DNA of 61,654 bases, counting the filler, from Platydemus manokwari (lineage: Eukaryota), in the NCBI GenBank assembly GCA_037951405.1. It is 5 parts of 5 records of this genome, joined end to end, with 100 filler letters (N's around TTAATTAATTAA, not from the genome) between each part and the next. Parts side by side here need not be neighbours in the genome. Positions count along the whole stretch, not along the records: positions 48,581 to 61,654 come from JBBMOY011851388.1; 4 more parts are not named here. One strand, written 5' to 3'. The notes below the pieces were generated by a model. The model was not told the origin of the DNA, ran no database searches, and was given only the letters and a program-made list of their open reading frames with translations. This document shows, in pieces, positions 50,751-61,654 of this stretch (position 1 is its first letter; every line of letters begins with the position of its first letter). Position numbers and translations under genes: made by a program.

Positions 50751-53700
50751 TTTAACTTCAAATCGCAAACTATAAAATACCGATTTGTCACATAATCATT
50801 ATAGATGCTAATTGTGATACAAGCTTCAAGACTGTCCGTTATATTGTTATCTGATCGTGCTTATCTACAGTATCCAGAGCAACCAATGGTTAAAGCAATT
50901 TCGTTCCAAATATGAGTGAACTGGCTCACTGGATATAATAATATTTCACTTTAATTTTTATCATATGCATTCAATGTTTTCTATTCTATCATTCTAACCT
51001 TCACATTTCACTTTATTATCTTGATATTCTTTTACTGCATTATAAGATGGAAGCCATAGCATTCAAGAGCTGATTAATGATTAGTTTAAGAACCAGTATT
51101 AGTGCAAGTAAAATGTAACAAAATAAAGTGTCACAAACTATTCCAAATTGTCATCACCACATTAAATAAGCTCATGATAAAAATTTGTGTCTGACCGAGA
51201 GCTAATTAGATCAATCCTTCGAATCAAGTTACAATAAACAGATCTTTTATACAACTTATTACTAGAACTGATCACATGATGAACCCAGTTACCAATGACG
51301 ACTATTAAAGAAAATCTAACCATTCCAAATACGGCCCAGATTGAAAAGCAAAAATATGGATGAATAAAATTTCCAGAACCATGCCTCTCTTGCTAAGAAG
51401 GACTGAAGGAGATATGAAGGAGATGTATATTATAACCATGATCACTGAATTATCAGGTTAAAATTGAATATGCAATATTTTAAGATAAAAATAACTTAGG
51501 AAACACTGATAAATCAAATATGATTCATTATAAGAATCACAAACATTCCAACTTAAATTGCCATCAACTACAGAGAACATTCAAACGAGGAATACAATCC
51601 AAAAATATCAATTCTTCTAGAAGGTCTTTTGTATGAATCTTTCAATATAGATACAACTAAATTCAAAGATAATCTGTCATTACAAAATTTCAGGAAATTA
51701 TTTTATGTATGAAATTTTAGAGAAGAGGAGATTAATCGTATCTGTGGTTACCATCAACTACTAAGAAAAAGTCTTAATGAATGCATTGATGAGAATGAAT
51801 CACCAAATGACAGAATTCGAGAAACAGCATCATAGCATCACTAAAGAATTCTCGAGAAATCAAGATGATTAATACAGAACCATAACAAGAATCTAATAAT
51901 TAGTAAAAGAAAAAATTTTAGCAACTTCAGTACATAAGTTATGGAGAATCCAAGACTTCACAGCAGCAAAAATATAAAAACGAAAGTGTCGAGGCGTTTA
52001 TGTCATCCGAAAACACTGACAAAACATGAGTTACAGATTTTAAAAAGTTACATTTCCTTATGGAGGATATTAGAGCAATTCAACCCATTCACTGAACAGA
52101 GGAGTAATTCTGGATAGATAAACGCTAATCATTGTCAATGATGAAAATGAAAATATTATTACAAAGATATGTGAATCTTTACATGTGTATAGGCAAATTA
52201 ATTTCTATCATAAGCAAAAAATTCGACCAGTTTCAATTTTGCCACGTTCGGGCATTATTGATTTTATTGTTTCATTAGGCTTAATTCTATTTGATAATAC
52301 TATTATCTTAACCATCTGTTTCTATGAGCTCTTGATTAAGGCCACAGGTGTAATCTACCTTATTTGTTATTCCTTCACCTCGGTAAACTCACTCCTACTC
52401 ATGGCGCAGAACTAATAATGAGTGAAAACTCATTAATAAGAGATAAAAGATACAATATTTAATATAGATAAGTATTTTACACGAACGTATCTTACCGTAG
52501 AGTCTTCCAGTAAAATACTGGGCATATAGAGGATCCTGTTCTTCTGCACTACCTGGTCTTCTATTGTGCTTTGATTGAATTGCAAAATAATGTCTTCTCC
52601 CATAATGCTAATCTAATGCCAGTATATTTATGATTTTCTGGATATAATGTATTTACTAGAGTGAGAAGTTCTCCCATTGAACTTTTGTAATCGAGTGAAT
52701 ATTTTATTCCGCTAGAGAATTTATGTGCGCGATAATAGGTGGCAATTTATTTGTCGATGTTATAGCGCGATAATACATTGCGTATTGTTATTTTATAAAT
52801 TAATTTATTATTTAGGGAAATTTTGACAAATTTGTTCTAGGTGGGTTTCACTAATATTGTTATTTTACATATTTATAAATAATAATTGTTATAAATACTA
52901 TTATATTATGATAATTTAAGCTAGTTTCACTCAGTTGTTCTTACAGTTGTTAAGATATAAAAAACACAGATTAAATGAAAATTAATGCGCATTGCATACG
53001 TACTGTCGTGCATTGTTATAAAATTTATACCATTTTATCCATAGCTATTTCAATGTTAATTAAAGGTTGACTCAAAACCCCAACAATTTTTCAATTGGGA
53101 TAGATTTTACCTAAATGATTGAGCTCTTGTTATGCAGTGAAACAAAGGTCCTCTTCGATTATTTGTAATGAGCTTATTAGAATATGAAACAATATATTCC
53201 GAATCTCATGTTCAATACATTTGTGAAATGATCGATAATCGATAAGCCAATTTGTTAAAAATATATTTTATACACTCCAAAACATGATGGGCCAATTCAA
53301 AAAGCTAGTGGAAATCGAAGATTTTTATTTCTATAAATCAAATTTACGATAATAGAAAGTTTTTTTACCTGTCATTTGTCAGTGGAGAATAATCGGAAAG
53401 ATTAGTTGGCAAGTTCAAATAAAAGTAAGTTAAACAATCACTCTTCATTGTCGATTAATTCAAAATCCGCTTGATGTTAGCCGACAATTTTCTTTCGGAT
53501 TTAATTATCGAAATACCAATGAATGGGAAGTATTAATTATATTATAAATGAAAGACTCAAAATCTCTGTTATATTGTTAGCTTTATGATATTAATAATTA
53601 TTATTATGATTATATATTATTAATACTGTTGTTATAGCGATCACTATTAATATTAATAATATCATTTAGTTTGATAATAACTATTATCATTATTATTGTT

Positions 53701-56700
53701 ATTAACAATGAATATTGATGTAATATTATCGTCACTATTAATATTTCGTCTACTCGTCAACGTTGATAGATCAAGATCTTGAAGTATTTCGGGTCGAAAA
53801 TCGTCGCAATTAAGGTAGATATTTTTTGTTTATGCAAAATATACCTCAGAAAAAGCTTATTTTTAACCCGTAAATAGGCCATTGAATGAGTGTAGCCATA
53901 TGCACAACAAAAAATAATTAGAACATTTCAATTCACCCATCACAGATTGTACGGTTGCGGCTAATTGATTCTTACAAACGAAAAGAACTGATCACTGAAA
54001 AGGCCCAATAATATCGATAAAAGAAAAATTTCCTATCAAAATGTTTGAGTAAGATTTAGAAATTTACAACAAATGAAAATCAATATTCAACACATCAATC
54101 AAAACTCACAAAATTAAGTTATATATTTTATTGATTTTTAACAGAAATTGATTTATTATAATATTGGGTTTAGCTTTTAACTATTTTATTGAATGATCTT
54201 AATTACTGTAAAATTATTGTGATGAAATAAATTATATTATACTGTAATTCCCGATGTTTCGTGATTATAATCTAAATATGCCATGTTTATACTTTGTTAA
54301 TTCAGTTCAGGCCGATTCTTCGTCTGAATTGGTCATGTTGTTCCAAATTTTATGTAATAGATTAGTGAGCTGTGTGTCACACACACACAATAAATTTATT
54401 TTGTTTATCTAGTATGTATTTACCTTCAAACCTCAATTCTTTGTGCTTTCATTTTTCTGAAGATCAGTATGTAATCAATTTCTGAGCGTTTGTAAATGGA
54501 TTGATTTATTAAAAATTTCCAAAATTAACTTTAGAATCATTGGTTTTGTCAAGCTTTTTCATTTAATTTTTAGGTATATGAAACACGTTACAGTGGCTTT
54601 TAGTTGTCGTCATGGTATTGGTAAGAATAGCAATGCCAAGTCATAAAGCAAAATTTTAGTCGATAAAATTTCAATTAACTTATTTATTTTGGAATTTGTG
54701 CTCGAATTTTTCTATGAATAGAGACATTGTAATGGATCAAATCATGCTTCAGAGTATCAGGAAATTTTCTCTTATGGCATGTCACGGTCAATTTTTCACA
54801 ACAAAATTTTAAATATTATAAGTTTCTCTTTCTGAGTCATGTTTCTTGTCGAATGATCATAATTAATATATTTTTTATATAAGACTCAAAGGATAAGAGA
54901 GATTTGGAATCTCCAAATTTGGTTTACAAAGTTCGAAATAAAATAAAAATTTAACCACAATGTTGTCCAAATATAAAGTCCTCCTTGTCGCATGATAGAT
55001 ATAAGATTTAAGGATGATTCTTCAAGGAATATTAGCTCCACTATTTTTCAATTTTAAAGAATTTCACCTGAATCTCTTTTTGGTGGAATTCCTAAATTGT
55101 TGAGATTAAAAATTCATTAAAAAACCAAATTCACATTCAGAAATTAATAAATTTCATATCAAAAATAACTCTCTAAGGTGTCATAATAGCTGGTAAATAT
55201 TTTTGAATGAAAATATATTTTCAAAGAAAAAGTAACATATCAAATTGATTCTAAAAGATTGAAGATACGCACACACATATATAGTATAGGGATTTGAAAC
55301 GATTTTTTAAAGTATTCCTAAATATTCAGAAACAAATTTATAAAAATTCTTGAATCCTTGCTTCAATTTTAGAAATACCAGACATTCATATTGTAGTCTG
55401 ACAAACACCATCACATAGCGCTTCTTTTTACATCGTATTATTCTCACACGCTGTAGACATTCAATTCGATTTTTTCTTTACTAAAATTTACTCGGGACTT
55501 ACACTCTTGGTCATATCTAATCTAAATGTGTGTCTAAATATCAATAGGATTTCTTATGACCAGACTAGCAAACTGAACGTTTTTCTTAAAATGTAGACAT
55601 TTTAAATTTAAACCTTTTGACAATCCACCTTCGAATGTAATGATTATTGATCTTGTGGAGCAATATGTGTGTTTCTGTGACACCTGGAAGTATTGCTCGA
55701 TTATGGAAATAGATTTGGTTTTTGCTAATTTGACTCTTATAGGGATTAATTGTTGACGGGATATAAATTGGTAATTGGTGCTATATTCAATGTTATATAT
55801 TCTATACAATGGCACACATTATACACATATGTACACACACACACATTGTCATTTATATAATGTGTTGCAAGCATGCCATACACAATATTTATATTTCTAT
55901 AAATAACTTTGAATAGGAGAATGTAATGACAGACACGAAACATTAAACCGGTGCACTAAAAAGTTCATTATATTGATCAATGATATCCTATTGTTTTCAT
56001 CAAACATAGAGAGTGAATCAATATTTATATTTTTATAAATAACTTTATCAACTCAATCAACAAACTCCAACAATTTCTTTTCAAATATTTTTTATTCGCC
56101 CGAAAGAAAATTGATTTCAAAATTATACTGAAATAAAAATCTCGTAATTCCTGTTTTTTGCTTTGTTGTATTGTTTTATCGCCATTGCAATTTCTACACC
56201 GATTTCGTCTAGCAAAAGGAAATTCATTAAATCAAAATAGGAAAATACTGGATTTCTAATTCCAGAAGGAAGTTCTATTTTTCATATTATTATTGATTGA
56301 AATAGAAAATATAAAAGAACTTGTTGAAAATTTATAACACAGATCAATTGTTGATATTTAGTTTTGTTGTAGAGCTGTTTCCATGTCAACTGATGAGGAA
56401 TCATGATGACTTTTTCAGTTAAAATATTGGTTATTTTTGGTGTTATTTAATGGAATAAATCAATGTGTTTTCTTCTTGATTATTTATAGCATTTTATAGC
56501 ATTTTTATTACAATTTCTGTCAGTAAATGATATATTTTATTACGAAAGAACGAAATAATATTGATCATTTCTTACAATGAAATCATTGTTGAAATCAAGA
56601 TGAAACAAATGTCCATATAAGATTTGTGGAGTTCTAATTATGGCATCATGGAAAACTAGTTTTCTATAATTTTTTAATTGTAACCATGTTGGATAGAGCC

Positions 56701-57882
56701 TCGAAATCATTGTTTAAAAATTTATTGACAAATAGACTTGAGAAAACTATCTGCAATACTCAAAATATATATCCATTGTTGTCATGGGAACTGGTAATTT
56801 CCGAGTTGCATTTAACCTGCATCTAACTCACACACAAAATTATCAGACTTCGATTTTGTTGTGGAAATCAGAATCAATATTATTCTCACCGAAATTTATC
56901 AAATAATAAAATTAACTAAAGGAGATCAGTTTCTAGAAACATTTATATTTTCGTATGTTTTATATTTGTGAGTTTAGTTTTTTTTTTAATTTCATATCGA
57001 TTTAGTTTTTATATTCAAAGAAGGAAGACTCGTTAATTTTTAATAAATAGCAGTCTGTCCAACTTCACCCCGTTTTACAAGTAATAAAATTTGAAATTAT
57101 TTTCAGCTCTACTTAATTTAATATTTTAATTCGAACGATATCAGAATTGAAAATATTTTTAAAGAATATAATTAAATAAACTAAATAATTTTATTTTAAT
57201 TCGCTTTTCAATACTTTAAAAATTTTCATTCAAATGTTTTGAATTGAATTTTGAAAATTTTTACTTTCATAGTTTGATATAATATATTTATTTCGATATT
57301 TTTAACATAAATTTATGACATGTCTCATTCAAAATTATTAATATTGATTTTCAAATCTTCATATTGATTATTATCAATTCAATCACATTGCTATCAAGAT
57401 TTCTTCAAATGAAATAGAACATAAACATTTTCTTATTTGGATTGCTAGAAGATTCCATGTTTATTAGTCTCATTCTCTATCATAGTTCTAGTTTTCATCA
57501 CCCTATAGTGCGTTTCTCAAAAGACCTTTAATTGTAGAAAGAATGCTTCTTATAATATTAAAGATTTATGCGCTATCATTTAATTGAAGTTTAAAAACAA
57601 TTTCAGAATAAAGTTGATGGTTATCTGAGAAGATATGCAAGAATGGTTAATTAAATTCGATTTCAATTTATGTGATAGATGACAGAAATCAATCATAAGA
57701 TTTACATTTTCATTAACGAGTATGTCTCTTAATATACAGAGAAGTTCATGAACTGATGATGCACGTTAAAGATGTTTGAAGAATTCAATGGAATCTGATA
57801 TAAGCCGCAATGGCTAATTAAATGTACTCCAATGTAAATAAATAGTTGTGCGAGTTAATTTTTCAAAATTTGGTTTTAAACG

Positions 57883-59478
57883 ATGGATTTTGAAAATTGG
57901 AATCAAAAGATCGGTGGCTGTGGTCGATATCAATATATTCTCTTCTTTCTATTATCAGTCACGACTTTTCATTATTGCGGAGATGTTCAAGGTCTCACGT
58001 TTGCATTATTTGTACCGAAATTTTACTGTGTTGTCGAGAATAATAGTTGGGCAAATGATCCCAATGCATCCAATTATATTTCTAAAGATCAATGTCAATA
58101 TTTAGAGTCGTCAAATAGATCATGGACACCTTGTTCAAGATGGAAATATGACAAAGATATTTTGATTGATAGTTTCATCACTGATTATGATTTGGTTTGT
58201 AACAGAGCTTATTATCGTGAAATGATGTTTTCATTTTACTTTTTCGGTTGCCTCAGTAGCTATCCACTCATCATGTTAACTGATATGTTCGGGAGACGAA
58301 TTATAATGATAACATTTCTATTCTTATGGGTAATCTCTGCAATTTTCAAAACCGTCATTTACATGCTATGGGTTCAGTTCCTCTTAGCTTTTGTTAGCGG
58401 TTTTGCTAAGACGATTTGTTCTAATCTCGCCTTTACGACATTGATCGAAATGGTGCCATCTAATAAAGTTGATATCGCCGCATCGAACTTTTGGAATGCT
58501 TACAGTATTTCATATATGGCAGCTGCACTTTTTGCGTTTTTAGGACGAAGTTGGAAATATATTACTTGGTTCAATCTCGTTTTGGCAATATTTTATTTCT
58601 TCTACTTTTGTTTTGTTCCAGAAACACCGAGATGGTTAATGTTAAACAAGAAACGAGAGAAATCATTAACAACTATGGCGTTTATTGCTAAAATAAATGG
58701 TCGAAAATTTTCAAAAACGGAATTCGATAATTGGACTCCAATTGAAGAGAAAACCGGAAAATTCTGGAATCTTTTCAAACACAAAATAATGATTATCAGA
58801 TTGTTGATTTTGAACTTTGCTGCTTGGTCATTCTCGTGTGCATATATTGGATCATCAACTGACTTAACGTTTGCTAGTAATAATATTTTCATCACAACAT
58901 TTGTATCTGGACTAGTGGAACTTCCTATTTGTACTCTGTCCGGATTTTTGGCAAATAAATTTGGAAGGAAACCTCCTATTATCAGTTTTTGTTCCCTTGG
59001 AATTGTGTGTTTGATATTGTTACCTTTTCTTGAACCTGATCTATCCAAATCAATATGGCAACCTTGGTTGAAGGTTGTCATTGCAATGGGTTCTAAGTTA
59101 GGTTTTGTTAGTTCGTGGTCAATAACTGACATCATAATTAATGAGACAATGCCAACTACAACGAGAAATGCTGCAATGACATTGGTGTATGTCGCCGTTG
59201 GTATAGGATCGATGGTTGCGCCTATCTTCCACACTTTAGCCATGAAATGGCATTATGCAGCACCTTGTCTCTCGTATTCAGCACTTCTATCTATTACAGT
59301 CTTACTTGTAAAATTCTTCATTCCTGAAACACATACATTGCCAATACCACAAACCATTGAACAAGCAGTATCTCTTGTCATTCATAAAGAACAAGAGTGG
59401 AAAGCAAACATGATCAAACAAGCTCAAAAGCTTGGAGTGGGCCTTAATCATGAAAACGGAGTCGATTTGCACACATAA
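57883..59478 (+). CDS. SLC22 family (organic cation/anion, MFS) transporter, intronless
   Basis: IGGCGRYQ; Cys-containing loop C.RWKYDK..SFITDYDLVCNR; DMFGRR; VPETPRWL; NKFGRK; ETMPTTTRN; IPET..LP.TIE. About 12 hydrophobic segments in 531 aa. Confidence 0.95.
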   Translation: MDFENWNQKIGGCGRYQYILFFLLSVTTFHYCGDVQGLTFALFVPKFYCVVENNSWANDPNASNYISKDQCQYLESSNRSWTPCSRWKYDKDILIDSFITDYDLVCNRAYYREMMFSFYFFGCLSSYPLIMLTDMFGRRIIMITFLFLWVISAIFKTVIYMLWVQFLLAFVSGFAKTICSNLAFTTLIEMVPSNKVDIAASNFWNAYSISYMAAALFAFLGRSWKYITWFNLVLAIFYFFYFCFVPETPRWLMLNKKREKSLTTMAFIAKINGRKFSKTEFDNWTPIEEKTGKFWNLFKHKIMIIRLLILNFAAWSFSCAYIGSSTDLTFASNNIFITTFVSGLVELPICTLSGFLANKFGRKPPIISFCSLGIVCLILLPFLEPDLSKSIWQPWLKVVIAMGSKLGFVSSWSITDIIINETMPTTTRNAAMTLVYVAVGIGSMVAPIFHTLAMKWHYAAPCLSYSALLSITVLLVKFFIPETHTLPIPQTIEQAVSLVIHKEQEWKANMIKQAQKLGVGLNHENGVDLHT

Positions 59479-59619
59479 GGATCGTAGTTAAAAGATTTTC
59501 GTAAAATATGATAAATTTTTTTTTTAATTTTTATCCAATAAATTCTAAATTTATTTTATTTTCGTTTGATTTTATGTTATAATTTTTAATATTTTTTACG
59601 ATATAAACATCAGTATATA

Positions 59620-60240
59620 TTATTAGACGTTTCTCTTTCTAAGATATTTACCAGTTTAATGCTGTTTATCTGCTGACGGGTTATGCTAAATTTGTGTTCG
59701 CAATACTATTTGCAGGATTTTTACTTTCTTCAACATGACTTACACCAATACTTGAATGAATTTTATTATTTTATTTAATAACAGTACTTTGTAATAAATT
59801 ATTATCCCATTTTTATCTTCAACAGATGTAAAGTGTCTCCACTTAATGTTTTTTAAAGTTTTAATAATTTCATATAGTAAAAACAGCTTTCCCTTCATTC
59901 TCTTTATGTTACAAAATAATATTATTTTCATCACAAAGCATTTTTAAAAATTTATTTGTTATTACAGATTCTTTATTGCTAGTCTTTCTCAAAATAATTT
60001 TCAAAAGCCTCAGCTTAATGATTCTTATTTTTTATCTTTTGAAGGAATAATCTATCCACATCTTGTTTAGAAACGAATAACAACGAAAATATAATTATAA
60101 TCTTCACTAGATTTCTTAGATATTATAGCATTATCTACGTTATGAATGTCATCCTTTCTAAATGTCTTTACTTTAAAAATTTTTGTTTTTCAGATATTCA
60201 TGATCCATATCTTGAGATTATAAATCTTGAGCAATTTTCC
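59620..60240 (-). pseudogene. decayed Polinton/Maverick c-integrase
   Basis: Minus-strand fragments in the expected order: IAQDL.., FKVKTFRKDDIHNVD, DYNYIFVVI, IIPSKDK, EAFENYF, NKFLKMLCDENNIIL.HKENEGK, IIKTLKNIKWRHFTS, NNKIHSSIG. These match the Polinton integrase pattern (kDdiWsaD, yKYiltvID, PlKnK, Ni.ly...NE.K, RTLK..mW..FT, yNn..HSsI). Confidence 0.75.
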
Positions 60241-60490
60241 TTATTTATTTTCATATTCATTTTTATTTTCATTGGGATTTTCAAAAAAATTTTCAATTAC
60301 TGAATCTTTTAGTAAACATGGTAATTCGTGATTGATCGCAATTTTACCTTTCATGTTACCTTTTATAGTAAATCTTTCTAATTTTCTATAAATGTTGGAT
60401 TGTGTATAATATTCATTTTATGTTTCATTTTATAATCTTCAACATGTCTATCTTGTAAATCTTGGGAAATTTAATCTACATCATGTTGCA

Positions 60491-61052
60491 TGTATTGGGT
60501 ATATCACAAATTAGTCAAAATGGTCCTAAGAACCAAGGAAAATCCTATAATGAGTCAATACATACAAACCTGATAAACACACGTGCCTTTAACCAATCAG
60601 AATCGTTCCAATGTTAATCCATATTTAGAAGCCGAGAATCTATAGGCACATGCCTACAAACGGCAGCAAGTTTAAATATCCGCCAATGGCATACGAGATA
60701 TAAGGAAAATCTCAAGTAAATCAATCCACAAACAAATTTAGCGAATTGGAAACGATTATCCGTGACATCAAGCAGGCACACCAGATGGGTCTATAAAAGA
60801 GGTTAAATACCATGGATTCTTGCCAGTCTTTTTTGGTCGGTAATTTTAATGCTAACCTTATGTGTGATTTTAGTAATCAGTCTTTTGGATTACTCTTCAT
60901 TCTGTTTTTAACTTTCAGGCCCTTACCCCATCTTGAACGATTTCCTTTGTGAATTACGTAGAGATTTGTTATTGTTATTATTGAGATTTCGAGTGTATTA
61001 TTTTGGTTAATATAAATTTGTAGATTCAAATTGTTGTTAATATACCAACACA
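60491..61052 (+). mobile_element. LTR-like insertion within the Polinton remnant
   Basis: Imperfect inverted ends TGTATTGGGTATAT / ATATACCAACACA, CCAAT boxes near 60593 and 60683, and TATAAAA at 60792. No clean TSD. Confidence 0.35.
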
Positions 61053-61519
61053 TGGCTATTTCATCAGTTCTATTTACAGGCTGACGTTCTTTGGAATTGT
61101 AATAATATTTAATTTTTCAGTTTCATTATTGTTATTATCAATTTTGTCAACATATTTTGAAGATTCGTTCCAAATCTAGTAAGATCATGTAGATGATTTT
61201 CTTTATTAAATGGGTTTAAAATTTCGAAATGAAATTCTCCATGATGAAATCCAGTTCTAAATTTATTAAAAAAATTAACATTTGTTATTGCTTGTTGCAT
61301 ATCGCCTCCGGCTTTCAGATTCGCTGAGTCGCATCCTTCAGAATTAAAACCTCGTAATTTTATTCGTACTCGTACTTTCATTCATACTTTTCCTACTATT
61401 TAACTGAGATTTGGTTTTATCATGTTTCGATTCATAAGATTTTGAAATTTATTGATTACGAATCTCACAAGGATATTGGTTCATTTTTATACCCAAAAAT
61501 AGCCTATGCTTGAAACTAA

Positions 61520-61654
61520 AATGAAATAAAATTTAAAAATCATGTAAATATTTCTTCACCTCTTAGAATTCTAATAATTGGAAGTTCAGGTTGTGGTAAA
61601 ACTCAATTACTTTTTAAAATGTTACTAACACCAGGATTTTTAGATTATGATAAT
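61520..61654 (+). CDS. N-terminal part of a Polinton/adintovirus A32-like (FtsK-HerA) packaging ATPase; runs off the window and may be pseudogenised
   Basis: SSPLRILIIGSSGCGKTQLLFKMLLTPGFLDYDN contains a Walker A motif plus the LL.PG.LDY.N motif typical of Polinton ATPases. There is no in-frame ATG after the TAA at 61517-61519 and before Walker A. Confidence 0.8.

Noticed and set aside
52250-52730. Coding-looking minus-strand stretch (RRHYFAIQSKHNRRPGSAEEQDPLYAQYFTGRLY followed by GTAAG)
   Set aside because: It needs a frameshift, has stops nearby and matches no family I recognise.
55580-55785. Possible isolated minus-strand exon
   Set aside because: No recognisable domain or partner exons.
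58602-59243. 213-aa antisense ORF inside SLC22 (also antisense ORFs inside the PKA-R, gag and Ig genes)
   Set aside because: These are shadow frames of real coding sequence with no independent motifs.

Overview
This is very AT-rich animal nuclear DNA, not a prokaryotic locus. Short GT-AG introns (47-70 bp), (AAT)n tracts and the style of the synaptotagmin suggest a planarian or other flatworm; that assignment is inference. The window consists of five assembly pieces joined by identical artificial 100-bp spacers (N44-TTAATTAATTAA-N44), so adjacency across the spacers is unproven. Host genes: the last exon of a C2-domain protein, a secreted or receptor protein with three Ig domains, the first exon of a Headcase-like gene, the homeobox exons of Onecut, the five 3' exons of synaptotagmin-1, an intronless divergent importin-alpha, an intronless PKA type-II regulatory subunit and an intronless SLC22 transporter. 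Mobile DNA: two decayed RLE-type (R5/NeSL-like) non-LTR retrotransposons, a Ty3/gypsy 5' end with AGT..ACT LTR termini and a tRNA-Arg PBS, a candidate TRIM, a MITE family, solo-LTR-like elements, and a Polinton/Maverick remnant (integrase plus A32-type packaging ATPase) running off the right edge. Two host genes stand out. The PKA-RII has one D/D domain but four cyclic-nucleotide-binding domains from an internal duplication, a weakened inhibitor site and a C-terminal RRASF motif. The importin-alpha keeps its IBB domain but has lost the tryptophans of its NLS-binding groove.
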